The notes beneath the pieces were generated by a model. The model was not told the DNA's origin. It was given only the letters and a program-made list of their open reading frames with translations, and made no database searches. DNA of 64,000 nt, taken from the NCBI GenBank assembly GCA_002104945.1, contig MCFH01000009.1:1116001-1180000 (forward strand), written 5' to 3'. Made by a program: the position numbers and the translations under genes. Below are positions 1 through 13,961 of the stretch, piece by piece (position 1 is the stretch's first letter; every line of letters begins with the position of its first letter). This DNA comes from Piromyces finnis finn (Eukaryota; Fungi; Neocallimastigomycota).

Positions 1-121
1 ACTCTAAGAGTTTCAACTCTTAATAAATTCAATATCATGTTATAAGTTAATCTAAATTGACTTTCTAATTTTTGAGATTTTCCTAAAACAACATTATTAA
101 TTGTTTGTATCTAATAATAAT

Positions 122-182
<61 letters not shown>

Positions 183-3100
183 TAAATATAAATAAATTAT
201 TTAATTTTAATTTTGTATATTCTTAATTTTTAAAAAAATATATTTATTAATATAAATACTTCAGGTAATTTATCTAATGTTGCAATAATAACGACACCAG
301 TATCATCTAATCCACGTCTACCTGCACGACCTGACATTTGAATATATTCATCTTGTAATAATTTAAAATTAATTATTTCATACATTTATATATAATTTAA
401 AATATTTAATATGAAAAAATATACAAATAAGATAATATATATGAATAATTACTTGATAACAAGTCCCTGAATTTTTGACCATCATGTTTTCTTAATTCTG
501 AAAAAACAACTGCTCTTGCAGGCATATTAACACCCATAGCAAATGTTTCTGTGGCAAATAAAACTTTTACAAGACCTTTTGAAAAAAGTATTTCTACAAC
601 CTTTTATATATTTTATATTTAATAATTCAAATAGAGTTGAAGAAAATATATTATATTTTATTATAAATTTTATTTATGTACTTACTTCTTTCATAATTGG
701 TAGTAGACCACTATGATGAACACCAATACCTCTTGATAATAATTCTTTCATTCTATTAATTTGAGGTAAATCTTTATCACTACCCTTAAGTCTGGACAAA
801 CTATTTGATATAAATGAATAAATTATACTACGTTTATTGGCATCATTAAGTAAATCTTTATTAATTAAACCATCTGCATATTCTTCACATTTTTTTTTTG
901 AAAAAGTAAATACAACTACTGGTAATAACTCATTCTTTGCTAGGAAACCAACCATATGATTATACATATTACGAGTCTAATTTAAATAAATTAAATATAT
1001 ATATATGTATAAATAAAATTTCAATTGCAATAAAGAATATCATTAAAAACAATATTTTAATATATTTACTGTTTGCATTTTTGAAATTGGTTTCTTTGCT
1101 TTAACTATAGGTTTAGCATTTTTATTATTTGTTTTTTTATTATTTGCTGTCTTACTATTTTTATCTTTTTGTTCACCAGTTAAGGCTTCATTAGCTGCAT
1201 CATAACTAAAAAAAAAAAAAATATTTTAAATTATTAGAAATTCATAATATCTATATTTATTACTATTTATACTATTATTACTTGTTTTTGAGGAAGTTTT
1301 GTTGAGCATCAACAATCTTAAATATATTATTTTTAACAAATAAGTAATGTTCTAATGGAACAGGTCTCTTTAATGTACTAATAACATAAATATTCTTTTT
1401 CTTTGTTCGACTTTAATAAAATAATATATAATTAATTATGTTTTTATAATTAAGCTATTAAATAATATATTTATGTTATATACCCAATCCATTCAGCAAA
1501 TTCCATGGTATTTGGAACAGTGGCTGAAAGTAAAATTAACTTCACATGTTCCGGTAACATAATAATAACTTCTTCCCATACTACACCTCTCTTTTTAAAT
1601 AAATAAATAAGAGTTATTATATGTTTAAAATAAATAATATTTTTATAATTTTATAAATTAATTACATACTTCAGAATCATTAATATAGTGAACTTCATCA
1701 AAGATAACAAATTCAACATCTCTAATAACATCAGCACCTTTATATAACATACTTCTTAAAATTTCAGTAGTCATAATTAAACATGATGCATTTTGATTGA
1801 TTTTAACATCACCTGTAATAATACCAATATCTTCAAAAGTATTATGGAAATCTCTAAATTTTTGATTTGATAATGCTTTAATTGGACTAGTGTATATAGC
1901 TCTTTATAGATTATAAATATATATTTAAATGTTAAATTATTTAAGGTTTTTTATTTTTATATTTACTACATATTTTATAAAATACCTAGTCATATGTTTT
2001 TGAGCTAATGCAATAGCATAATCGGCAACTACTGTCTTACCTGCTGAGGTATGAGCAGCAATAAAAACAGAATCACCATTTTCTAAATGGAATATAGCCT
2101 GTTTTTGAAAAACATCTAATTCGAATGGGAACTTTATAATATTGAGTTAATCATTTACACTAAAATAAATTCATTATAAATTTAAATAAATTAATAAATT
2201 ACTTCATGAGCCATTTCGGGAATAAGGTCATAAAATTCAGGGAAAGAATCTGTAATATCAACTTTATGTGCCCACTTTTTATGTTTTTCATTGAGATCCA
2301 TTAATTTTAAGTTATAATTTTCCTTTCATAAAATAAAATAAAATAAATATTAAATAAGAATAATTATAATTTATATTATTAATTTTGAATAATAATTATT
2401 AAGTTAATATTTAATTATTTACATCATTTGGCTTGCTTATTAATTGGTTAATTTCCTCAATATTTCCATTCTATTTTTTATATTAAAATATAGATTATTT
2501 GCTAATTAATTAATATTCAGTATTATTTGTCATATAAATATAAATTAATTTATAATTACAAATTCATTATATTCTTCAACTTCTTCCTCAGCTTCAGGAA
2601 CATTAGATTCTGTATCTTGATCTTCTTCATCATTTTCTTTGTTATTTATACTTTCAACTAATGTTTTTAAATCATTAAGTGATTCTTGGTCGTCATTATC
2701 TTCTAATATATTTTCAATATCAAATGATGAAATATTTTCTACATTTTTATTTTCTTTTTCAAAATATTAATAATAATGATATTAATTTTAACTAATTTTT
2801 ACACATTTTTCATTAAAAAATCTTTATATCTAAATATCATTACCTTCTATTAATAAACCTCTATTAAAACCAGGTGGAGTTCGTAATAATTCATCTTCAT
2901 ATATATATTATAATTATATTACAATAATAAAAACATAATCAAAAATATTATTAATAATTATAAAGTTTCATAACTATTAATATTTCATATAAGAAAAAAT
3001 AATAATAATATACTTTGACTTATTTCAAGTTCATCAATTTCTGAATTAGTATTATTAATATTATCTTTTAAAAGGTCATCAATTGTAAAACCTCCTGGCA

Positions 3101-3773
3101 TAAATGGGACATTTTCACTTTTTCCTATAACATATTCATAATTTTTTGCTTTATATGGTGCACGTTTAATTGACAAAGAATTTTTGGAAGTTAAATTATC
3201 ATTGTTTAAGTAAACCTTAAGGGAAATGATAAACAATAATTAATAATTATTATTATTACTTTCATTTAAAAAAACGAAATCTTAATATTACTTCTTCAAA
3301 ATCATTTGATTCAAAATTTCCAAATTTCTTTGAATAATTCGATTGAAGTTTTAATTTAATATCTGAATTTTGTAATTTCATTAAGTTTTTAAAATCTGGA
3401 GATTCTTCTATTAATCTTTAAGTTGTAGAATAAACAATAAAATTATACATATTTTTAACAACTAATATATAGATTTAAAAATAATTTGCTATATATGAAA
3501 AACTTACTGTTGATATTCATTTAATTCTTTCTGACTAAATGTATTATCTACTTTTAAGTATTCATTTTCAATAGTTTTTATATTATCTTCATAATTAAAT
3601 GGACCAATATCTAATGGTAACTTTAATTATTATTATTAATAATAAATTAATATATATATAATTAATAATTATATACACAATTTATTAAAATTTCTCGGTT
3701 AAGTTATTCAAAATACAATAAATACAAATATTTTAAAGTATTAAAGCGATATTGAAATTTATTTTTTTAATCA

Positions 3774-3805
<32 letters not shown>

Positions 3806-4199
3806 TACATATATATAATTTTACATTTGAAGTAGAATAAATCTTTGAATTTGAATAATTTTCTGCCGTTTGACTTTTATCAATTTCAACATTGAATTTT
3901 TGAAGTTTATTATTTAATTTATCAAAATTGATACAATTAATGCTTTGGTTTTGTTGACTAAGATTATTTGGAATAAATGTAACATTTGATTGACCTAGAC
4001 GATAAATTTCAAAAGGCACTTTATTTTCGTTCAATTTATCTAATAATAGTAATAATATAAAATTTGAAGGTTAATATTATATGGTAAATTTTTCAATGAA
4101 CTTTATTATAAATGATTTTCAAAAATTGAAAATTATCAATAAATGACCTTTTCCAATATTTTGCTCTGCTTGAGAAAGTTTTTTTAATAATTCTGCCAT
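1..4199 (-). CDS. SKI2: Ski2-like DExH RNA helicase (cytoplasmic exosome SKI complex), multi-exon, 3' end runs off the left edge
   Basis: ATG at 4199 ([17 protein letters not shown]). Spliced exons give Ski2_N-type segments ([17 protein letters not shown]), [31 protein letters not shown] (motif I), [20 protein letters not shown] (DEVH), [36 protein letters not shown] (motif VI) and [20 protein letters not shown]. Confidence 0.93.
123..186. repeat. (TAA)n microsatellite in a SKI2 intron
   Basis: About 21 consecutive TAA units. Confidence 0.95.
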
Positions 4200-4593
4200 T
4201 ATTATTTCTTAAATATAATAGTTTAGTTTATTTTTATATTATTTAAAAAAAAAAAAAAAAAGAAAAAAAAAAAATCATCTATTTTAATGATTTTAAAAGA
4301 TTAGCTTAGTTTTATTTGACAAATAATAATATGTATATATTTTTTGAATGGATTATAAATCATAATCATTAAATTTAATTAAATTTTATTTTAATTAACA
4401 TAGATTAAATATTCTATGTTTAATATACATATTATCACATGTAAAAAATAATATTTCATTTAAAATATTTGTAAATAACATTTTTAAAAATATATTAAAT
4501 TTTTAAAAATTAAAATTATAATTTTTAATTATTTTTTAAGCAGTATTTTTATCTTTTACATTTTTTATTTTGTTTTAATTTATTATATATATT
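4200..4593. promoter_or_regulatory. Short head-to-head intergenic region, putative bidirectional promoter of SKI2 and LEKR1-like
   Basis: The two ATGs (4199 minus, 4594 plus) are 394 bp apart with a poly(A) tract at 4244-4273. No specific motif identified. Confidence 0.35.
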
Positions 4594-7500
4594 ATGTTAA
4601 AAAATAAAGATGGAGAAAACAATATTATTGACGTATTTTCCCCAACAGATGAAGTTATATCACAATATAAGCCATTACCTCATGAAATATTAGATATGAA
4701 TGAAGCAGATACGGCATGTCAATATTGTGGTATATCATATTTAATTCTTTCGAAATATTCAAAAATGGAACATTATTTAAAACAACAGGAAAAAGAACTT
4801 CAAAATTTAAAAGTATGTATTTTATTTTATCACAGTATTTATCCAGATTATATAGTTATTAATACTATTATTAACAACTTGTACAGAAATATGTAGTAGA
4901 AAGAGATACCATTAAAAAAGAAATGGAAAAATTGAGAAGAGAAAGAACTGAACAAGAAAATAAGATAAATGATTTAAAGAAAAATTTAAAAGATATAAAA
5001 GATGATAATATATTTATAAAAAATGAAAAAGAGTTATTGGAAAAGAAACTTGAAATAGTTATTAATGAAAATAATCAGTATATAAAAAAAGAAAAAATGT
5101 ATGAAGAAAGAAGCATGAATTATTACCTATCATTAGAAGAAAATAAAAAAAAAATTGTAACTATTAATAATATTATAAAATTATAATTGAAATTCATATA
5201 TATATATACTAATAATAAATTAATAAATTGCTAAAAAATCAGGAAAAAGAAAATAATGAAAAAATAAAATATCTAAACGACAAACATAATTTTAGATTAA
5301 AAAAATTAATTGAAAAAATTACAGAGTTAAAAATTATTATTGATAAACAAAGAAAGGATTTTAATACATGTGAAGAATCATTAAATTACTTGTAAATACT
5401 AATTTTTTTTTCAAAAAAAAAAATAAATAAATAAAAATTATTAATTAATTGATGTATTTTAATGTTAACAATTTAATATTTATATATATAATAGAAAAGA
5501 ACTGAACATAAATTCAAAAAAAATAATTACAGAAAATATAACGAATTTCTTTAGTAAAATTCAAGAAAAGTATCAGAAAGTTGAAAGTAATAATAAAGTT
5601 TTAAATCAAAATAAAATTAATGAAAAGGAGAGAGAAATTCAAGATTTAATTAATGAGAAGTAACTTTTTTTATTTTTAATTTTTAAAATTAATAAAATAA
5701 TTTTTAAAGTTTATAAATTAATAAATTTTTATTTATTATAAATTCTTATTTTTTAATATTAGTAATAGTATTAAAAAGATAAATGATGAACTTTTAAACA
5801 AAATTAAAGGTATAAAATAAAAATAATATTTTTAAATTAAATAAATATATTATAAAAATATATATATTAATAAAGTTGCTTTTATTTTTTATTTTTTATT
5901 TTATTTTTTAATTAATTTTAAAAACTTTAATTATTAATATTTTATTGATGTTTAGATAAAGAAAATCATATTACCGAGAAAGATTATGAATATTCAGTAA
6001 TATAACAATATTAAAATATTAAAATAAAGAATTTATATAAAGATAAAATATTTAATAATAATTTTGCTCTTTAGGAATTATTAAAAGAAATTCAAAAGTT
6101 CAAAAATAACGAGAAAAAATATATTAACAAAATATTACAAAATAAAAAAAGTAATAGTGAATTAAAAATTACACTATCAGATTATTCGGTAAATTTTATT
6201 ATAGCTTTTAATTATTACTTATATTAATATATAACAGATAAAAGATGAATTATTATTTATATACAAAATTTTATACTATAATGTCTTGTATAAATTCATG
6301 CAGAAAAGGTTAGAGACGTCAGATTCAACAATTCAACAATTAAAAAATAAAATAATAGAAAAGGATATGGCGAATTCTGATTTAATTAGTGTGAAAAATG
6401 TAATTATTTTGTTTTATCATTAATTTAATATATATAGTAAAAATTATTTATTGTTATTAATTTTATTAAGAAAAAAATAAACGAACAAGAAGCGTTAATT
6501 TCAAAATATAATAAAATAATAAATGATATGGAAGAAGAAAGGTAATTAAGAATTGAAAATTATTATAAAAACAATCAATAAATATTTATTTATAAACTCT
6601 ATATATATATATTTATATATTACAAAGAAAAAATACAATAATTGCTCATCAAAATCGAATTAAACAATTACAAGAAAAATATTTATCAGAAAAACAGGAA
6701 CTTGCTGAAAATTTAGTAAATACTAAATAATAATTAATGAAATTTGATGTTCCTTATATATTAAATTTTATTTTTAATTATAGAAAAAAGAGAATGCATT
6801 ATTATTAATAAAAAATAAAGAATTGGATAATGAAATAAAGAATTTGAATAATGTATGTAATTAATTTTCTTTATTATTTTAGTATGAACTTTTTTAAATA
6901 CAAGTTTTTAATTATATTAATTGAATGACTTTTAGGAAATAAAGAAATTAAACGATAAATATGAAAATGAGCAAAAGCAAAACAAAAATGTAATTGAAAA
7001 TCTTGAATTACAGATTAAGAAAATTCATAAAGAATCTAATGAATTATTAGAAAAAAGACTCTTAGAAAATAAAGTAAATAAAATATTTATTATTGACTTA
7101 ATTATAAAATATGAATATATTTATTAATATAATTTTATATTAAAAATAGGGAATTTATAATAAAAAAATAAATAATCTAGAAAAAGAAAAGGGAATGTTG
7201 AAGGTAATCCATTTCTTAAAAAAAACATAATATATTTATTAATTTATGTTTAACATATTTTCTATATATTATTTTAATAACTTATATAGGAAAAATATAT
7301 GAATTCATTAAAAGAAAAAATTGATGAAATTGAAAGTTTAAATATTAAGCAAAAAGATTACGAAAAAAAGGAAAATACATATAATAATGAAATATTAGAA
7401 TTAAAAGAAACAGTCAAATTAGAGTGCGAAGAAAGAATGTCCCTTCTATTTACTATTTCAGAATATAAAAAAGAAATTGAAAAATTAAATAATAGAAGTA

Positions 7501-7712
7501 ATGGCAATATACTAAAATCAAACAAATCGGATAATTTAGAACTAAATAATAAAGAAGCATTAAAATTAAAATCTCCACAAAGTAAAAAAACTTCATCAAA
7601 TTCATCTTTATTAAAAAAAACATCATCAACAAATACATTGAAGTCAAATAAAAAAATAAAAAATATTAAAAAACGTAACTGGTCTATACCGAGCAATGGA
7701 AATGAACACTAA
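4594..7712 (+). CDS. LEKR1: LEKR1-like long coiled-coil protein, multi-exon
   Basis: N-terminal LPHEILDMNEADTACQYCGISYLIL resembles human LEKR1 [25 protein letters not shown] as recalled. C-terminal LKETVKLECEERMSLL resembles LQETVRRECEERFEL. The exons between are E/K/L-rich heptads. Last exon is ORF 7299-7712. Confidence 0.75.
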
Positions 7713-7921
7713 ATATAAATTTAATATACATATATTTTTTATTTTATTAAGTATTTATTATAAATATTATATAATGAATTATCTATCTGAATAATGAAAA
7801 AAACATTTAAATAAAAATAATAAAAAAAAATTATATTTATAAAATTGCTACTTTTTAATTTTATATATTAAATAGTTTTTAATGATATTTTTTTAAAAAC
7901 AATTAATATTAAACATTTTTA

Positions 7922-10228
7922 TTATAAAAGCATTTTTACTCCTTCAATGATTGAGTCTATTTTTGGTCTTTCTTCAAACTTATTTATCCAACATTGTGTT
8001 AAAATTATGTTCTATATATTATATTTAAAAAATGTTAATATAAATATCATATATAATTAAAATATTGTTTATAATTACAATATTATCTGGTATAAACTCA
8101 GGTATTTCTGGTCTAATATTTTCATTTACAATCTAATATTTTCCAAATATTATCAAAAAAAATTAATGTTAAATTTTTTATTAAAAGTAAAATAATTATT
8201 TAAATTATATACCTTATATCCCACTACAAATGGATTCATATCTGGATAGTGATATTGTCTTGTAAAGATTTCATATATAAGCATTCCATAGGCATATATA
8301 TCATAATATTCAAAACTGTAATTGGCTGGAAGTGTTTTTTCTTTTAAAATTTCTGGTGCTATCCATTCTGGATCTTTTGTCATCGCACAGAGATTTCTGT
8401 TTGGATTTGATGTACAATTAAATGCAGATCTATAAAATCCAAATTCGGAAAGTTTTATAACATTATTATTATACACCTATTAATGTAATTTATATATTTT
8501 GGTAAATAAAAAGGTTTTCTTAATATGTATTAATTACTAGCAACTTTTCTTACTAAAACATTAGAACTTTTTAGATTATAATGATAAATTGGTTCTTTTT
8601 GATTATGAAGGAAATTAAGAGCTATAAAAAATAATAATAAATTTTAAATTGAATAATTTTTTTAAATTTTAATATTACTAGTTATATATTATTACCTTCA
8701 CCAACATCAATTGCCAATTGAATAGCTAAATCTTTATCAATCATAACTTCTGGATCGTGTAAAATTCCTTTTAAAGAACCATTAGCCGAATATTCTTGCA
8801 TAATACTAATATGTGGTGTTATTAGACAAGCAGCAAATAATTGACATAAATTATTATGAACAATTTTTCTATTTATTTATTAATTTGTTCATTTATAAGA
8901 AAGATATCAAAATCAATATATATTTTTATAATCCTTTAATTAAACGAATTTATCTAAATTAATGCTATTTTACCTTATATTAGTAATTTCCTCTTTTATA
9001 AACTGAATTTCATTGTTAGTTAAGTTTTGATTTATTATTCTTTTAACAGCTACAGAAACACTATTTGCTCTTGCTTTAATAACTTGGAAATTGCAGCTCA
9101 TAGATATAATTTCACCATAATTAATAGAAGAAGGTGATAAATCCCATCTGATATTTGCTATCAATTTATAAGTCATTATTGTTAGTTTATATGTAATATA
9201 TATAAAAATGATATTTATTAATACTTTTATAAATATTAAATGGAAATAAAATTTTTATTATACATTTTGCCAAGAATATAGCTCTAGAATGCTCGGCTGC
9301 TTCTAAGAAAGTACGAGCTTTATTTATATATATATATGTTATAATAATATAGTATTAATATTACAAATTCAATGATACAACAATTATTAATAATTACCTT
9401 CTGCATGAACAATTTCGCCTGGATCTTGTAATGATAATTCTTATAATATAATTTTTTAATATTGTCTTCACCCATGATAAAAATTATATATAACAATATA
9501 CCTTTTAATCTTTCTTTAATTTCTTCACTTGTTCTATCCAATGGAACTTTAAAATATTTATTTGCTATATTTACTATGGCACCATTTAAAACCAAATATT
9601 CAGCAATTTCTTTATTTCTCCAAAAACATGCATAATGTAAGGCAGTATTACCATGATCATTAGCAATATTTACTAATAAAGGATAAAATTATATAAATTT
9701 TCGGAATATTTAATTATATTATTTTCTCTTTCTCTACTATTATTATCAAATATATGAAAAATTTAATAACATAATGAAAAACAAGAATACCTTGAGCCCC
9801 ATGAATAATTAGCTTTTTTAATATCCCAGTTATTTATTTATTTATTTTATTATTTTTTTTTATATAATTTTCAATTTAATAATTTATCAATAAAAATTTT
9901 TATTATAGTTGTATATTTATATTTTATATTTAATACTTCTTTAACAATATCAAAGTAGCCCTTCATTGTTGCAAGAATTAATGGTGTATCACCAGAACAA
10001 CATTTTGAATCAATAATGTCGCTATGTATTTTTATATTTTCAAATATGAACTTTAAATATTCGATTTTCCCTATTTAATTTTTATGAAGTTAATAATTAC
10101 AACTAAAAGGGTTATAATTATTTTAATATTTTTTTTTAATCTACCTTGTTTTGCAATTTGATGGAATACTGAAAATTGACGAATATCTCTAAATTATTCA
10201 TATATTTTAAACATAAATATTAAAGATG

Positions 10229-10275
<47 letters not shown>

Positions 10276-10364
10276 TACTTTTCTTCAACTCTTTCTGGAT
10301 TAGCTTGTAATACTTTTTTAAATATCTCTAGTTCATTATCATTAATAGCTTTAAATAATTCCAT
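7922..10364 (-). CDS. ILK: Integrin-linked kinase-like protein: N-terminal ankyrin repeats plus C-terminal pseudokinase domain
   Basis: Spliced translation: MELFKAINDNELEIFKK...GDTPLILATMKGYFDIVKELIIHGAQVNIANDHGNTALHYACFWRNKEIAEYLVLNGAIVNIANKY, close to human ILK [36 protein letters not shown]. Kinase part has VAVKR, HYNLKSSN, LSEFG, WIAPEIL and RPEIP...CW...ERPK. Stop TAA at 7922-7924. Confidence 0.85.
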
Positions 10365-10679
10365 ATTACTTATTTTTAAGTACAAGTTTTAAATATTTTA
10401 AATACTATTACTTTTTTTATTTATTTATTTATTTATTTATTTATTATAATTATCTTTTTATTAAAAATAATAAATGTTTTATATATTATTTTTAACTTTT
10501 TGATTGATTTTTATTAAGGATTAAAGTTTTTGTTTTTATAGAAATTACGATTCAAGAATTATGTGAATTATTATAAACACAAATTAAAAATATATATATA
10601 ATTCAAATTAATATTTTATTTATAATAAATATTTTAACTTTTATTATTATTACACATTTATCATTATTACATATTTATT

Positions 10680-13600
10680 TCATACTAATGATTTATCAAA
10701 ATCATTTATTATATTCCAAATATATTCAATATTATATTCAGATATTATTTCATTGTTATTATGATATTTCCATAAATTATTAAAAGAATTAACAATTTCT
10801 TCTTGGTCATGTTTATTTAATAATAAAAATTGGTTTAACATATCACCATTAATAATATTATGGGATATTCGATGTTTTGAAATATATTTATCAAAGTCAT
10901 TGCCTTTATCAAAATATATGAAATAGTAGAAATTATTATTTAATATTTATATTTACAATATCTAATTTATATCATATCAATTATATAAAAATAAATACCT
11001 AAGATTGGTTTTGTGCTTTCATACATTCCCATAATTAATTGTAAGATCATAAATTGTTTGTATAGTATATCCGGTATCTGTATCATTTTTATTATAGTAC
11101 CTAAAATTGATAAACCATATACTATTGAAATTCTAGTATTTTTATTTTCTTCATAATTATCACATGCTGTATTAAAATAAGTCTGTAATTGATTATTATT
11201 TAATTCTTTCTTTATAAATTTCATTATTGGTTCACCAAAATATAAATTAAAATCTTCATATAATGAATAGATCATTTCATCTAATAAAAAATAAAAAAAA
11301 AAAAATTATTAATTAATAAACATTATTTTATTATATTTAATTAGATAAAAAAAGCTTCGGTTTTACTTTTATTTGATAATCCAAATATTGAACCATATCT
11401 ATCAGCAACATAAATTGAATTCTTTGAAAGAGTAATACAGCTACCAACTAATTTTGATATTTCATCACTATATATAATATATTAAAATTAAATACTTCAT
11501 TTTAATTTTTTGATTTTTTATTTATTTATATTCTTATATATTACCTTTTTTTAAATTCTAATTTTTTATTTTGATTAAATTCATATAAAGATACGGATTC
11601 ATTAACTTGTCCAACATATACAAAATTATCAATTGTATTAACTGTTGTAATTTTCCATCTAGTTTTTATGCTTGAACTTATTATTGGCCTAATTTAAAAA
11701 ATATTTAATTAAAATTTTAGTAAATAATTATTTTTATATTGAAGAAAAAAGATATCTTTATTTAATATTATTTTTCCTTACGATTTTGTTGATGAATTAA
11801 TCTTTATAAGATATAATAAATTTTCACTTGAAATAAGTAGATATCTAAAATAAAAGGTAAGAAAGGAAGTTAATTATAAATAATAGATGTTAAATAATAT
11901 AATATTAATATGTTAGCTTACTTATTCTTAAGAGTTTGTATGCAATTAACCTTACCAGGTATTTTAATCTCACCTCTTTTTTCTAAAAACTAATTAATAT
12001 TTATTAGGTCTTTATAAACATTTATTAAATTGTTATTAAATTTATTATAAAAATATTTTACCATTTGATTTTTTGAATTTAATTTCATTTTCATTTCAAT
12101 TTGCTCTTGACTTCTCATTTTTATCTTTTTTATATTATACATGGATACGCATGACTCGTTAATATTTTTATTCCACATACTAACGCATATATAGCTTTTT
12201 TCGTTTTTAACATTCCATTCTATTAATAAAATAATTATTAATAAATTTTAATATACTAATATCTATTAAAAATACATAATTTTTATTTTTATTTACTTGC
12301 TAATTTGGTACAAAGTTCACCCTTTTCTTTATAGTTTTCATTAAAATACACTTTACCACTAATATATAATTTTAAATAATAATTAATGAGAATTTTATAA
12401 AATATATTATAAAATATTTGTTATTAATATTCACTTTGATGGATTCATAATAGTAATTTCAGAGTAAATATTATTTGTAATCGATTGCGTATCAGATGAA
12501 ATAACCAATGTTTTTGAGCTATTATCAAATAACATATGTTTTGGAGTCTGAAAATTGTATATTATATATATATATAATGATTTATTTAGGATTATTTATA
12601 TTTATTATAATTATTTATTATATATTTACCCCTGATATATTATATTCCTTTAAATGAAGTTTATTATATTTGTCAAAATTAACAATCTGAATTGTTTTAT
12701 TATATTCTATTAAATATACATTTTTACTCTCTGGATGATAATAACTTGCAATATTATCAACCTTGGTATGGTTTATATAATAGTTTTAAATATGTTAAAA
12801 ACACTTGAAAATAAATTTTTTCTGTTTATAAAAGTTACCTTTGGTACAAGAACATTCTCAAGAGATATTCCATATTCATTTAAATATAATTTATATGTGT
12901 TTTCACCACCAAATATTATTATATATTGATTGTTATCTTTATAATAATTATTTTTGTATAATTTAATTGGAATATTTCCTAATTGTTTAGTAAATGTATT
13001 TCTTACAACAATTAAATCATTTTGATTTTCAGTTTTTATGACTAATAATGATCCATTACGAAAACCAATTATTAGATAATCAATAATATTGTTATATTTT
13101 AATATTTCGATTGAATTTGGTATTCCTGTTTCATCGTTTGAATAAACGTCAAGTTGCTCATTTAATATAAGTTTAAAAGATTTCGTGTTGTTATTATAAT
13201 GATATATAGAGAATGAAGGCTCGTAAGTGCAAACATAAATGTAAAGATTATCACTATCATCAAAAAATAAATTGTGTGAGTAACTATAATATTATAAATA
13301 TTTTTTAGTATTGTCTATAAATTTTACTTTTTTACAATTAACTTCATTGATGAAATTTCACTACTTAATTGAATATCTTGTAATGATTCAAATGTTAAAT
13401 AAGAACTATTTATTTTTGTTATAATACAAGTATTAATAAGTAAATATGGAAAATTTAAAATTAAAAAATTATGTTAAATCTTACTTTTCATTATTTATTT
13501 TGATTATTTCAAGTGATTTAGAATCTGAGTATTTTAATAAAATATAGTTGTCTACTATTTCGGCTTTAAAAATATTTCTATTTCCACTAGGTACAAATTC

Positions 13601-13928
13601 ATTAACTTTAAATTTTAATTTTTGTTAATAAATATAATTTATTATATATAATTTTTTTTATAATCTATAAAAAATACCAATTTCAAAGCTTTCTAATTTA
13701 TCTGAGTGATTATTGCAATACACAAATATTATTTTATTTTCGACAACTTGAACCAAATATTCTTCATTCAATATTGAACCAGCACAAATTGTTCTACAAT
13801 TGGTATATAAATTGCATGAGTCACTACAATTTATAATATTAAAATAGTTTTCCCTTTGATTCTTATCTTATAATATTATTATTTAATTATATAAAAATTT
13901 TAAGTCATATGTATTTTTATATTCTGAA

Positions 13929-13961
<33 letters not shown>

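Noticed and set aside
7358-7696. Minus-strand ORFs 7358-7696 and 7453-7647
   Set aside because: Antisense shadows of the K/E-rich last exon of the LEKR1-like gene; their F/L-rich composition is what the reverse complement produces.
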